Positions 49,335 to 62,578 of a stretch of DNA of 64,000 bases are shown here, piece after piece. Each line of letters opens with the position of its first letter. The stretch's first letter is position 1. This stretch comes from Candidatus Latescibacterota bacterium. Its GTDB lineage: Bacteria > Latescibacterota > UBA2968 > GCA-2709665. The stretch spans positions 768,001 to 832,000 of the forward strand of contig OZ242180.1 of assembly GCA_965205485.1 (NCBI GenBank), given 5' to 3'. Made by a program: the position numbers and the translations under genes. A model generated the notes under the pieces. The model saw only the letters and a list, made by a program, of their open reading frames with translations. It was not told where the DNA came from and did not search any database.

Positions 49335-50518
49335 TATCGAAACGGCGACACCTGCGCGTCCGTGACCTCCACACCGAACCCCGGCCCGTCCAGAGGCTTC
49401 ATTCGTCCGCTCCCGGGTACGGCAACGCCAGGGGGCCGCGCGGCCTCGTCCGGGTCGACGCCCGGTGGGCTGGCGATGTAGCATTCTGTCCACGGGATAG
49501 CCGGCATCGCGTAACAGACGTGCTGCCCGTACGGCGTATTGCCGCCGCCATGGGGAATGACCGATATGCCGGCCGCCTCGGCGATGGCGCAGATCTTGAC
49601 GATCGCGGTCATCCCGCCCACCCAGTTGATGTCCGGTTGGAAAATGTCCAGGATGTGGCGGCTTGCGGCATGCTGAAAAGGAACAGTTGTGTACCAGTGT
49701 TCACCCGTGGCCAGGGTCGCCCACGGAAGCCGGCGGCGCAATTCGGCATGGGCGTCGAGATCCTCCGAACGGAGCATTTCCTCCATCCACTTGAGTTTGC
49801 TCGGGCGCAGTTCCTCCGCAAGGCGAACGGCGTACTCCACGTCGAACGCCATCCAGCAGTCCAGCATGAGTTCCACGTTGTCGCCGGCGAGTTCTCGCGT
49901 GCCAGCCACGAGATCAACGTTTTTCTTCAGACCTTCCAGCCCGTCCGCCGGACCGTACGGGCACGGCAGTTTGATGGCCTCGAAGCCCAGTTCGAGGTAC
50001 CAGTCGGCGTCGCCGCCCGTGGCGTAGCAGAACATCTCGTCGCGCGCCGGCCCGCCCAGCAACTCGTACACCGGCCTGTCAAGCAGCTTACCCTTCAGGT
50101 CCCATAGTGCGAGGTCGATGGCGCTCACGGCGTAGGCATGCAGGCCGGTGGCGCCGTACGAGGCCCCCATCCGCACCATCATGTCGTAGCATTTTTCGGT
50201 TGCCAGGCAGGGCTCGCCCACCAGACGCGGCCCGAGATAATCGTCGATGATCGCCGCAACCGGACGCCCGTGACTGGCGCTGGCAAAACCCAGGGTGCCG
50301 TCTTCGGCTTCGACAATGCAGCCGAAGCCGCCCCAATTCGGCAACCAGGAGGGACGAAATGCGGCGTACCGCGGATAGCGCGTCATGGGGTTGGCAACGG
50401 GCCCCTGAACGGCCCACGACGGGCGGCGCGCCGTCTTATATTCCACCGCGCCGGGCTTCGTGCGTCCGTACGTATCGGGAAAATCCACGTTTACGGCGCG
50501 GATGGACTTGATCTTCAT
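49331..50518 (-). CDS. Enolase-superfamily dehydratase, L-rhamnonate dehydratase-like
   Basis: NPMTRYP.Y, SAIDLALWDL.GK, KLP.PYGP, MLDCWM, WMEE, TGEH, QPD..W.GG, PHG. Confidence 0.85.
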   Translation of the reverse strand: MKIKSIRAVNVDFPDTYGRTKPGAVEYKTARRPSWAVQGPVANPMTRYPRYAAFRPSWLPNWGGFGCIVEAEDGTLGFASASHGRPVAAIIDDYLGPRLVGEPCLATEKCYDMMVRMGASYGATGLHAYAVSAIDLALWDLKGKLLDRPVYELLGGPARDEMFCYATGGDADWYLELGFEAIKLPCPYGPADGLEGLKKNVDLVAGTRELAGDNVELMLDCWMAFDVEYAVRLAEELRPSKLKWMEEMLRSEDLDAHAELRRRLPWATLATGEHWYTTVPFQHAASRHILDIFQPDINWVGGMTAIVKICAIAEAAGISVIPHGGGNTPYGQHVCYAMPAIPWTECYIASPPGVDPDEAARPPGVAVPGSGRMKPLDGPGFGVEVTDAQVSPFRY

Positions 50519-50590
50519 GATAAGATTCCTCCCAATTGCGATCTCACCCCGGAAACCCGCCGGTGCAGCGGCAGCGACGGGGCGTTCCGA

Positions 50591-51532
50591 TCATCCCTGC
50601 CAGTCCGATGGGAGCTCCAGGGACCAGACTTCACTGTTCAATGGCCTGGCATGCCCGCCGGCCAGCCAGATTCTGTCCTTGAAGACATAGGCCGAATGCT
50701 CGTGGCGATTCGTCCAGATCACGTCGGATTTGAGTTCCGTCCAGTTCGCGCCGTCCTTCGAGTACCACACGTCGCCGAAGTCACCATCCTTGCGCGACCA
50801 TCCACCCAGGACCCACATATGGTCCCGGTAGACGACGAGGGAAAACCACATGCGCTTCTTCCAGGGCGCCTCGGAAGTTACCTGCGTCCAGTTCGCGCCG
50901 TCTTCAGAGCACCATACATCGTTGAGCGGGATGGTTTCCGGCTGCCATGCGCCGCCGCCCATGATCCAGATTTTGTTCCTGAAAACCACGGCCTGCGCGT
51001 GCGTCCGTTTCGACCATGCCGCGTGCTCGACGTCGCATCTCCAGTACCTGCCGTCGGCGGTGGACCAGACGTCGTTCTTGAGGTTTGCGTCATCGTCCTG
51101 GTAGAAATTCTCGGTCCCGCCCATGATCCACATCCGGTCTTTGAACACGACGAATGAGGGCGACACCCTGGGGCACCACCCCGGATCGTCCGTTTCCAGG
51201 ACCCACTCGACGCCGTCGGACGACGACCATACCGTGTTTGTGTTCTCCGCGCCTGGTAGTTTCCGTCCCCCCATCAGCCACATCCGGCCCCTGAACGGCA
51301 TGGTCGCCGGAAGGTCGCCGTGTTCCCACGGCGCAACCTCAACGGTTCGGGTCCAGTTCACCCCGTCGGACGACTTCCAGACGTCGCGCGGATTGGGCGT
51401 CTGTGGGGTGAACCAGCCACCAAAAATCCACATGTGACCGTCCCACACCATCTCCCCCTGCGAGTCCCGCGCCTGCCATGCCGCCTTCTCCGTCACGCAT
51501 ACCCAGTCGGGGCCCTTCACCACGTTGCTCAT
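50591..51532 (-). CDS. Kelch-like beta-propeller repeat protein
   Basis: Six repeats of R......F...MW..GG......DVW.S.DG..W. Confidence 0.85.
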   Translation of the reverse strand: MSNVVKGPDWVCVTEKAAWQARDSQGEMVWDGHMWIFGGWFTPQTPNPRDVWKSSDGVNWTRTVEVAPWEHGDLPATMPFRGRMWLMGGRKLPGAENTNTVWSSSDGVEWVLETDDPGWCPRVSPSFVVFKDRMWIMGGTENFYQDDDANLKNDVWSTADGRYWRCDVEHAAWSKRTHAQAVVFRNKIWIMGGGAWQPETIPLNDVWCSEDGANWTQVTSEAPWKKRMWFSLVVYRDHMWVLGGWSRKDGDFGDVWYSKDGANWTELKSDVIWTNRHEHSAYVFKDRIWLAGGHARPLNSEVWSLELPSDWQG

Positions 51533-51671
51533 ATCGGTTTCTCCCGGATTAAGATTCGACGCAGCCGCGATTTTCTGTACAGCCGATTGTTTTTCGATAA
51601 TCCCGGCGAAGTCCTTTGCGACGTCATCTGATGAAATGGGGAATCTGATGCGTCATTGTGATGTTGCCCAG

Positions 51672-51945
51672 TTAACCTCAATTCGAAAAAAGACAACAGT
51701 CAATTTACCACAAAAAGCACAAAAGGCACAGAAGGTGACGGTGCGAAAACGGGGTATTGTTGTCGTTCAAATGGATGACCTTCACTCCAGTGACCTGAAG
51801 TATCCACCCTTGACGTCCGATTGTTCTTCGTATATATTCGACATTCAGGTCCCCGAATAAGAATCTAATCCTGGTCCGTTTTGGCCTTAATCCCGTCCAT
51901 CCTGTCAATCCATGTTAAGTTTGGGTTTTGGACAAGTGAGGTTAA
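51672..51945. mobile_element. TTAA-bounded MITE-like element, copy B
   Basis: Terminal inverted repeat GTTAACCTCA...TGAGGTTAAC; internal 9-bp periodic tracts. Confidence 0.65.
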
Positions 51946-51973
51946 CTCAGCCTCCAGCCCGATTCGTCGACCG

Positions 51974-52978
51974 TCACCTGTGCCCCCGGTAGCGATCGTA
52001 AACCGCGTGCATTTCCTCGATGCTGTCAAAGTAGCCCACGATGTGTGCCGCGCTGAACGTATCGCCGGCGTTTACGGACAAGCCATGCATTTCAAGGATC
52101 ATCACGATGATGTCTCCCGGCCGCTGGCTGCACCACGCCTCGTAGACGACGGAAGGATCGAGTGTAAGGCCGCCCAGCCAGGGCCCTTCGCCGCCCGTTT
52201 CCGGATCCCGAAGCCGGTACGCCCGGATGAAATGCCCGGGCATTCTGTTCAGGTCGCGGCGATACCCGAACTTCCGGTCCGGCGGGAATGGATCGAAGAA
52301 CTCGCTCGAAGGGATGCGCAGGCCGTCGGGACCGCTCAGATAGCTGAGATAGATTGCGCTGAACGTATCTCCCCTCGTATGCCGTACGCAGCCGGGCGTG
52401 TCGTTCCTGAGAAACATCTCCGGGGAGTCGTTCACGCTTTCGATCCGGTCCATCAACACGAAATACCGCTTGCCCCTGGGAAAGACGATCAACTGCGTCC
52501 ACCTTGAACCCGTGTTGCGGCCCGGCGCCGAATACTCGAAACGGTACCGGGTCCTTACGGCGATAAAGTCCTTCCCGCGAGTCACATCCGGCTGTACGGG
52601 CTTCATCCTGTGGCAGAGCTGCGGCCCCTCGATCATTCGCTTCCGATGACTGCTTCCGTGCGACAGGATGGCGTATTCCCTGCTCCCGGGGTCCGGCTCG
52701 TTCTCATGCCAGCGGTATCGCCCCACACCGTGCCCGTCATCCGCAATCACGCTACCGCTGTACGATTCATCGCTGCCCGCCTCCATCAGCCAGTCGACAA
52801 CCATCAGGCCGTCGCCGATTTCGGAGAATCCGGTTTTCTTGTCGACAAACGAACCCTTTTCGATCCCCGTCATCCATTGCTTCGGGTTTCGCTTTGGAAT
52901 CGCGGCTTCGAGTTCGGCGGTTTCGATTCGGATCCTGCGATCGTCTTCGAACACGGTTGCCCATGCGGAATCTTGCAT
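51974..52978 (-). CDS. Hypothetical protein; the natural C-terminus probably continued out of frame to TAA at 51942
   Basis: 334-aa ORF with natural composition; a shifted tail TVDESGWRLS* follows. Confidence 0.72.
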   Translation of the reverse strand: MQDSAWATVFEDDRRIRIETAELEAAIPKRNPKQWMTGIEKGSFVDKKTGFSEIGDGLMVVDWLMEAGSDESYSGSVIADDGHGVGRYRWHENEPDPGSREYAILSHGSSHRKRMIEGPQLCHRMKPVQPDVTRGKDFIAVRTRYRFEYSAPGRNTGSRWTQLIVFPRGKRYFVLMDRIESVNDSPEMFLRNDTPGCVRHTRGDTFSAIYLSYLSGPDGLRIPSSEFFDPFPPDRKFGYRRDLNRMPGHFIRAYRLRDPETGGEGPWLGGLTLDPSVVYEAWCSQRPGDIIVMILEMHGLSVNAGDTFSAAHIVGYFDSIEEMHAVYDRYRGHR

Positions 52979-53133
52979 TAATTCAGTCCTTTTATGTATT
53001 AATTCGAGTCAGAAACCGCACTCAAAACTGATGGCACGGGAAAACACAGAATGACGGATTTTCGTCCTGTGCACCTGCCTGTTTTCTCAGTATCATATTG
53101 TTTTTTTCTTTTTACGTCCTTTTTCTTATGCGC

Positions 53134-54885
53134 CAGAGTGTGCAAAAACTCTCAGTATAATCACAGATGGGTCAGATTGTCTCCAGGGTGTGTCTCATGA
53201 TCAGGTCAAGGTCGTTGCGGATTCCCAGTCATCGGTGCTACGGTCAAGAGGTTCCTTGCAAGTCTTTGAGATCCGGCCACGAAGTGCCTCACGTGGGCGT
53301 CTAAACCCATAGTCTGACGGGCAAGGCAATGTCGGATGAGCTTCTCAGCCGACGGCGTCAACCATTTTGGGCACACCGACGAGGTTGATGGCGCGCTTGA
53401 TATTGTAAGCAAGGGTCATCAACGAGAACTCGGCTTTGACCTTGTCGAGGCCTTTGACAAGAAAGTGGGCATACCCATACCAGAACTTGAGTGTGCTCGA
53501 AGGGATGCTCGACCATTTCTCGTCGTTTGTGAAGCACCCCGGGGTTTTCTTCCAGACGCTGCGCCATCTCATCCAGGAGGTGTTCATGTACCCACCGCGT
53601 GAGAATGCGTCCATTCTTGTTTGTGGTGCATAAGGACCGCACCCCGCAGGTTGTACACGCCGATGTCGTGTAATGTTTTTTGACGACACCAGGGTCAGCT
53701 TTTTTCTTCCGATACGTGGCGTCATAAGCATAGGTGAGCACTTGCCCGGCAGGACATAAATAGTGATCCTGTTGGGGATCATAGATGAAGTCGTCTTTAC
53801 TATATAAGCCTCTGCTTTTGCTGTTGGATGTATCGGGTTTGGGCACATACGGCTCGATATGTTTCTCAACGCAGGCTTTGATCGTTTCACCATTGTAATA
53901 GCCACCATCGGCAACCACGCGGCAGGCCTTCACGTCCGCTTTTTGGCACCGATACTGATTTTGCTCAGCTGTGCCTTGTCATTGGCCTGATTGGTCACAT
54001 CCTCTTCCACAATGAGCTGATGCTTATCGTCGGTGGCTGCCTGGACATTGTATCCCACTTTGGCTTTCGGACTCTTAGGCATCGCTCGAGAGTCCGGGTC
54101 CGTCAGCGAGACCTGGGTTTCTCCGCGCGCCTCAAGGTCCTCCAACAGGTGCGTATACGTCACTTTTCGTTCTTTCAGGCGTTGCATTTTCTCACTTAGA
54201 GAAGGATCCGCTTCCGACGATGACGCTTTTGCGTCTTGAGCGTCCTGGTCATCTAATTCTTGAAGATATCGCTCGATCTTTGCATCAAGTTCTTGAAGCC
54301 TTCTTTTCAACTTGTCCTTGGTAAAATTGCGTTGGGGACTGTTGACGGCTTTGAATTTACTACCGTCAACGGCGATCAACTCACCCCCATAAAGCGACAA
54401 CCGCCGACAAACGACAGTGAAGGCGCGAAAGACCCCCTTAAAGGCTTTGGGATTGTCCTTACGAAAATTGGCTATCGTCTTGTGATCCGGACGCAGCCGC
54501 CTGAGAAGCCACATCACTTCCACGTTGCGATGCGTCTCACGCTCTAATCTGCGAGAAGACCGAATCTGATTGAGATAACCATAGATGTAGAGCTTGAGCA
54601 AATCACGCGGATCATAAGCCGACGCCCCGTCCAGGCAGGGGCGATGCGTTGAAAACCCAACGCGCTCAGTTCCAGGTCATCAACAAACACATCGATAAAA
54701 CGCACCGGGTTTTCTTCATCGATGTAATCGTCCAAATGCTCCGGAAACAACGTGCCTTGATCTCTTGACTCACCGCGAATGAAATCCATTTTTTCCACCT
54801 TTTGGATGGGAAACCGACAAGGACTTCATAACGGTAAGCATGATCAACGATAGAAACAATCTATAATTACTTTTGACACACTCTG
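53134..54885 (-). mobile_element. IS1182-family insertion sequence
   Basis: Terminal IRs AGAGTGTGCAAAAA / TTTTGACACACTCT with GCGC flanks; ends are approximate to +/-1 bp. Confidence 0.88.
53345..54789 (-). pseudogene. IS1182 transposase with three frameshifts
   Basis: Fragments: LKLYIYGY...RSSRRLE, PDHKTIANFRK, VDGSK, S.TDPDSR, GYNVQ, ADGGYY, VEHPF, LAYNIKR; shifts near 54620, 53935 and 53500. Confidence 0.88.
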
Positions 54886-54915
54886 GCGCGTAAGAAAAAG
54901 GACCAAAAAGAAGCG

Positions 54916-55059
54916 CGCCCTTCGGCAGGGGGCCGGTTTTTCCACGAATTACCTCAGTGGCATAGACTGGCGACTGTGTCCTGCGACCGCAATGGGACAC
55001 ACGTCGCGATGGTGCTGAACGGAAAAGCGTGGAAAAACCCCCCTCGCCACCACCGGGCG
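54916..55059. repeat. Rod-like interrupted hairpin of about 145 nt
   Basis: Nested pairs CGCCC/GGGCG, AGGGGG/CCCCCT, GGTTTTTCCACG/CGTGGAAAAACC, GCGACTGTGTCC/GGACACACGTCGC. Confidence 0.75.
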
Positions 55060-55313
55060 GTCGTGAGTCTTTAAGGCAAGGATCCCGGCTGGGATTTGCG
55101 ATCGTACCGGCTCTTGTTGAACGCTGACTGCTTTTCTTTGTGTCTTTGTGTCTTCGTGTGAGGCCGTTTTTCTCACGTTTCTCCCCCTTTCCTTTAGGAG
55201 AGGGGGCCGGGGGGAAAGGTCCCGCCTTTGGCTGACGGCTGAGAGCTGACCACTGATAGCTGATAGCTGAATTTTAAGCCATCGCGCCACCAATATCAAC
55301 AGACATCCACGGT

Positions 55314-56492
55314 TCAGGACTGAACTTCGCGAAGATCATCGCTCTCTGCGGTGATCTGCAGGCTTCCGTTGTCCGTGATCAAGAATACATCCTCCCATAG
55401 CATCTGAACGCCTTCCGCGGATAATCCGGGCTCGGTGCTGAGGACCATCCCCGGCGCCAGCGGCGTATGATCGTCAGGATGAATGCTCGGCGGCTCGGTA
55501 ATCAACATGCCCTGCCCGTGGCCCATGCGGGAAGGTCCGAATCGCTCCAGCCCTTCCATCCGCGAACAGGCTCTGTCGATCGCGTCGTTCCCGACCTGAT
55601 AGATCTCGGAACATGGTACCCCGGGACCCAGGGCCGCGGCCATGCTTCGGTTCACCTCCAGAAGTGCGTCATACAAGCGTCTCAACGCATCCGTTGCCGC
55701 GCCCAGGACACCCCACCGCGTATAGTCGATGGTATACATTCCCACGCGGGCGCCCGTATCCACACCCACAACCTGGCCTGCTTCAAGCGGCCTGTCGTAA
55801 CCGAACGGGTTCCGCGATCCCGCGACGCCCAGGAGCAGCATGACGAACGAAGTCCCGTCCCCGCCCTCTTCCAGAATCAGCCGACGCATCAGGCGGCCGA
55901 CTTCGCGTTCCGTCAACCCGGGTCGAATCATCCCGAACAGCCTCTGGCGGGCTCTTGCCGTCACGTCTCCCGCGCGATGGATATACTCGATTTCTTCCTT
56001 CGACTTCACCATCCGCAATCTCACGATGACATCCGCGGCGTCCACGAAAGCGACGTCGGGCAACGCAGACGTCAGGTCCTGATACGCGCCCGGCGGCATT
56101 CCCATCCGCTGCTCCATCCCAAGCTCCGCTCCCACGGACCCTCCGGCCGTCCCCGCATCCCGAAGCGCCTGGATTACGACGTCATGGGGAAACGCGAACA
56201 GGTCGGAATACTCGCGCACATCGGTCACGTAGGACCCCAGCGCCAGGTTGTCCTGACCCTGCGTGACAACGATCGGCTCTCCCGCAAGGGGCAGGATGAA
56301 GACCGACGGCCGGGTCAGAGAAGCGTGCAGAGCCGCGCTCGCCGCCGTGCCGGCGAAATACTGAAAGTTCTCCTCGCCGGTGACGAACAGCGCGTCCATC
56401 CCGCGGCGGTCCATCTCCTCACGCGCGCGGGCATACCGCCGCTTCATCTCTCCGCGGGAGAACATCGCATATTCAAGATCGACAGTTGGCAT
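55314..56492 (-). CDS. M24 family peptidase (Xaa-Pro/creatinase-like)
   Basis: Creatinase N-domain, R.VKS.EE, D.G......DYTR, GHG.G, EPP, TEPG, EDV. Confidence 0.9.
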   Translation of the reverse strand: MPTVDLEYAMFSRGEMKRRYARAREEMDRRGMDALFVTGEENFQYFAGTAASAALHASLTRPSVFILPLAGEPIVVTQGQDNLALGSYVTDVREYSDLFAFPHDVVIQALRDAGTAGGSVGAELGMEQRMGMPPGAYQDLTSALPDVAFVDAADVIVRLRMVKSKEEIEYIHRAGDVTARARQRLFGMIRPGLTEREVGRLMRRLILEEGGDGTSFVMLLLGVAGSRNPFGYDRPLEAGQVVGVDTGARVGMYTIDYTRWGVLGAATDALRRLYDALLEVNRSMAAALGPGVPCSEIYQVGNDAIDRACSRMEGLERFGPSRMGHGQGMLITEPPSIHPDDHTPLAPGMVLSTEPGLSAEGVQMLWEDVFLITDNGSLQITAESDDLREVQS

Positions 56493-56596
56493 TACACTAC
56501 ACTCTTGGAGGACCTAAAAGGAATTAGATATTTTGTATTTTAATTTATTATTATTGTCAAAATATGAAGAATTAGAATTAAATTTAATATAGTTAT

Positions 56597-56624
56597 TGAC
56601 ATATTTGCAATTCATCTGTATATT
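56597..56624 (+). promoter_or_regulatory. sigma70-type promoter in an AT-rich tract
   Basis: TTGACA followed about 17 nt later by TATATT, with an AT-rich UP-like region upstream. Confidence 0.65.
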
Positions 56625-56745
56625 CTCGGGACAGGTATCGGTCGTTGAGCGTCGTACGGTAAAGGGTTTCGAAGGTAACTGACCTATAGGTTGATGTAAA
56701 CAACCCGCTCACGAAATTCGATGATTTCTCTGGCGGCGGCATTCA

Positions 56746-57666
56746 ATGACATATATAGGAGATGGCCCCTACTGTTATGCGAATGCTGCCTCAATGCTCC
56801 TGTCCTCCATTGGAGAGGACATCTCACCCTCCCAAATCGAAGTCCTTTCGGGTGTCGGCCTTAATGCGAATACAAGAGGAGGGGATTCTTTCTGGTTTGA
56901 CAATCTGGGCACAACACCTGACATCGGGATCAGCAAGGCGCTACGAATTCTCGGATTTGATTGCATAGAAAGATCAAGACAGGAAGCCGAGCCCGTTCCT
57001 CTGAAAGAACTGAGCGAAGTTCTGAAACAAGGTCCCGCTGTTCTCGGACCGCTCGATATGAGTCACCTCTCTTATCTGCCTTTTGACGCTCCTCTGGCCG
57101 ATCACTTTGTATTTGCGTTTGGAATAAATGAGGAGGAAATACAACTGCATGATCCGGCAGGATATCCTCATGTCTCGCTACCACTGGATTACTTGAAATC
57201 GGCCTGGAAGGCGGAATGGATTGGGTATCGTCGTGGCCATTATCGCTATTGGACCGCACCCAGGCGAATTCATCATCCAACGGAAGAAGGCATCTACGAC
57301 CAGGCTCTGGGATTTTTCAGATTTTGTTACAAAAAGACAGAGCGCGTAGCGCAGGATGAGAACCGAATCATTGGTCGCGATGCGATCTCTTCATTTGCCT
57401 GTCAAATAAGGAGCGGTGAAGTTTCCGATGATGAGTTCAGTCATATGGTATTTTTCCTCTTTCAACTTGGGGCGAGACGGGCGCTGGATTTCGCCGCCTT
57501 TTTTGACGGTCACAACGCGGAGTTGGCGAGCCTCAAGCGGAAACAGGCGAGGCAATTTGGTCAATGTCACACTTTTGCCGTCAGAAAAAGCTACGTTGAC
57601 CTTGCCGACATGCTTGAGCAATTGGGTACAGTCGAGGAGGATTTTCGCATCGCTCTTTGTGAGTAG
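56746..57666 (+). CDS. Papain/C39-like (BtrH N-terminal-like) hypothetical protein
   Basis: YCYAN (Cys), DHFV (His), LHDP (Asp); lower GC than flanking genes. Confidence 0.7.
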   Translation: MTYIGDGPYCYANAASMLLSSIGEDISPSQIEVLSGVGLNANTRGGDSFWFDNLGTTPDIGISKALRILGFDCIERSRQEAEPVPLKELSEVLKQGPAVLGPLDMSHLSYLPFDAPLADHFVFAFGINEEEIQLHDPAGYPHVSLPLDYLKSAWKAEWIGYRRGHYRYWTAPRRIHHPTEEGIYDQALGFFRFCYKKTERVAQDENRIIGRDAISSFACQIRSGEVSDDEFSHMVFFLFQLGARRALDFAAFFDGHNAELASLKRKQARQFGQCHTFAVRKSYVDLADMLEQLGTVEEDFRIALCE

Positions 57667-58005
57667 GAATAAGAGATAGAATAAGGTGTGAATTACCGCT
57701 CAAAACGCGGTGGGTATGCGATGCGTCATCTGGTGTAAAGATCCCGATTTCTTATTTCGATCGCCAGTTTAATATAGTACGAAAGCTTGAGATCGAAATC
57801 GTCGGTGCGACCTGAAGGACGGTCCTCGACGGTACTCGCCAGTTCCAGCAGGCGAATAGCGGCATCCAAGATACCGCCGGGCCGAAACAGGTGCAAGCCA
57901 CTTTGCTCGAACAGCAGGCCTGCGCGCCGCCGACGAGCGGGAATTTTATTCATTCAATCGCATGCCGGTTCAACGCAGCCAGTTCACATAAGGAGTAACC
58001 CAACC

Positions 58006-58395
58006 GTGCGGAAAGTATTGGAAGGATGTCCGACGTGCGGCGGCGAGCTGACGATATCGGGATTACAGTGTCACGCCTGCCACACCAGAATCGAGAGTCA
58101 GTATTCAACGTGTCCCTTCTGTCGTCTGAAGCAGCAAAGCCTCGACTTTATCGAGATTTTCGTCAAGAACCGGGGCAACATCAAGGAATTGGAACGCGAA
58201 CTGGGAATCTCCTATCCCACGGTGCGCAACCGTTTGAATGCCGTCATCGCCGAGCTTGGCTACGACGTGGGGGCGGAGCCGGCCCCGGCGGACGATCGGG
58301 CGGAAAAACGCGGCGAAATCCTGAAACAACTCAACGAAGGCGAGATATCCGCGACAGAAGCGGCCGAACTGATCAAGCAACTGGGGAGGAAATAG
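58006..58395 (+). CDS. DUF2089 family Zn-ribbon/HTH protein
   Basis: CPTCG...C..C, RGNIKELERELGISYPTVRNRL, SHOCT-like tail; AAGGAG RBS before GTG. Confidence 0.88.
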   Translation: MRKVLEGCPTCGGELTISGLQCHACHTRIESQYSTCPFCRLKQQSLDFIEIFVKNRGNIKELERELGISYPTVRNRLNAVIAELGYDVGAEPAPADDRAEKRGEILKQLNEGEISATEAAELIKQLGRK

Positions 58396-58397
58396 CG

Positions 58398-61114
<2,717 letters not shown>

Positions 61115-61174
61115 AGCGAAAGATCTTCCCCGCGCAAGTTATCGCGGGACATCAGCGGGACATCCGTCCGGACA

Positions 61175-62527
61175 TCATCTCACCAGGCGTCTGAACAGGT
61201 CCTCGCGCATCTCGCAGTGCAGCAACGCATCCAGCCGCCGGTTCTCCAGTCCATCCCTGATCACCGCGAAACTCTCCCTCACCACCGCTTCGGTGTGGTC
61301 CAGCGCCTCATCGTCGTGCGCGCAGTTGAAGAAGAAGCCCGTGGACAGGATCAGGCCTCGTTTCGCGTTCTCCTGAATGAAGAGCGTGGTCACCTTTCTG
61401 GCGGTCTCAGGGTCGTCAACGTGAAAGCGGATGCCAGGGTGGGCGGCAACGCCCACGCATTCGGCATCCACGCCTGCATCCCCCGCCGCCCGGTTGATCC
61501 TCTCCTTGAACGACGCCCCGATCCGTTCGAAATGGCTCACGGCGTCCCGCCGTTCCAGTTCCCTCACGGTCGCCAGCGCGGCTACGGTTCCGATCGGGTC
61601 GTCCCAGTAGGCGCTTGAAATAAACATTCGCGAAACCGGCTCCATCACCTCCCGTTTGCCAACAACGGCAGCCATCGGATACCCGTTCGAGATCGCTTTC
61701 GCGAATACGGACACATCGGGCACCACGCCCGTGTACTCCTGTACCCCGCCCAGCGAAATCCGGAAACCGCAGGACACTTCGTCGAAAATGAGCACCGCGC
61801 CATACTTCGTCGCCAGCGCGCGCACTCCCTCCAGATACCCCGGCCGCGGCAACTCCGTGCGCATCGGCTCCATGATGATGCAGGCCACTTCGTGACGGTT
61901 CGCCTTCAGCAGGTCCTCCAGCATCTGCAGATCGCCGTACTCGAACGGTATCGTCGTTCCTTCCAGAGCTCCCGGCACGCCGATCGGCTCGATTCCCGGC
62001 CTGAGGTGACCGTCGAGCCGCTCCTCGCCCAGATTCGCGGCCAGGTACCAGTCGTGCCATCCGTGGTAGCCGCAGAACAGCACCCGGTCCTTCCCCGTCA
62101 CCCCCCGCGCAATCCGTACCGCCACGGTACAGGCCTCGCCTCCGCCCTTTGCGTAACGCACCATCTCCGCCGAGGGAATCAGGCGGACCAGTTCTTCCGC
62201 CAGTTCCACGGCGCTTTCGTGGACAATGCTGCAGATGCCGCCTCTTTCAATCTGCTGTCTGACCGCCGCGTCGACGACGTCATCCGCGTAGCCCAGTATG
62301 ATCGGACCCACGCCACTCATCCAGTCGACGTACTCGTTGCCGTCGACGTCCCATATCCGACAACCTTTGGCCTTCGCGGCATAAACCGGGCTCACGCCCA
62401 GCGCCGCCTGCGTGGGACGGCGGCTGAGCAACTGCGTCACCCCCGGAATCACTGACTGCGCCCGCTCGTAAACGGCCATCGACCGCGCAACCGAATGCGC
62501 AGCGGGCGTTGGTTTCGTCTCGTTCAT
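61175..62527 (-). CDS. Class III aminotransferase (glutamate-1-semialdehyde aminomutase-like)
   Basis: WDVDGNEYVD, YHGW, IMEP, IFDEV..GFR, FAKAISNGYP. Confidence 0.9.
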   Translation of the reverse strand: MNETKPTPAAHSVARSMAVYERAQSVIPGVTQLLSRRPTQAALGVSPVYAAKAKGCRIWDVDGNEYVDWMSGVGPIILGYADDVVDAAVRQQIERGGICSIVHESAVELAEELVRLIPSAEMVRYAKGGGEACTVAVRIARGVTGKDRVLFCGYHGWHDWYLAANLGEERLDGHLRPGIEPIGVPGALEGTTIPFEYGDLQMLEDLLKANRHEVACIIMEPMRTELPRPGYLEGVRALATKYGAVLIFDEVSCGFRISLGGVQEYTGVVPDVSVFAKAISNGYPMAAVVGKREVMEPVSRMFISSAYWDDPIGTVAALATVRELERRDAVSHFERIGASFKERINRAAGDAGVDAECVGVAAHPGIRFHVDDPETARKVTTLFIQENAKRGLILSTGFFFNCAHDDEALDHTEAVVRESFAVIRDGLENRRLDALLHCEMREDLFRRLVR

Positions 62528-62578
62528 CTCCGGACCTCCCGAACGTACGTTAAGGCGGGACCCACCCAGGTCACCCGT

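Noticed and set aside
57726..57953. 75-aa minus-strand ORF
   Set aside because: No motif or RBS, and it overlaps the probable upstream region of the DUF2089 gene
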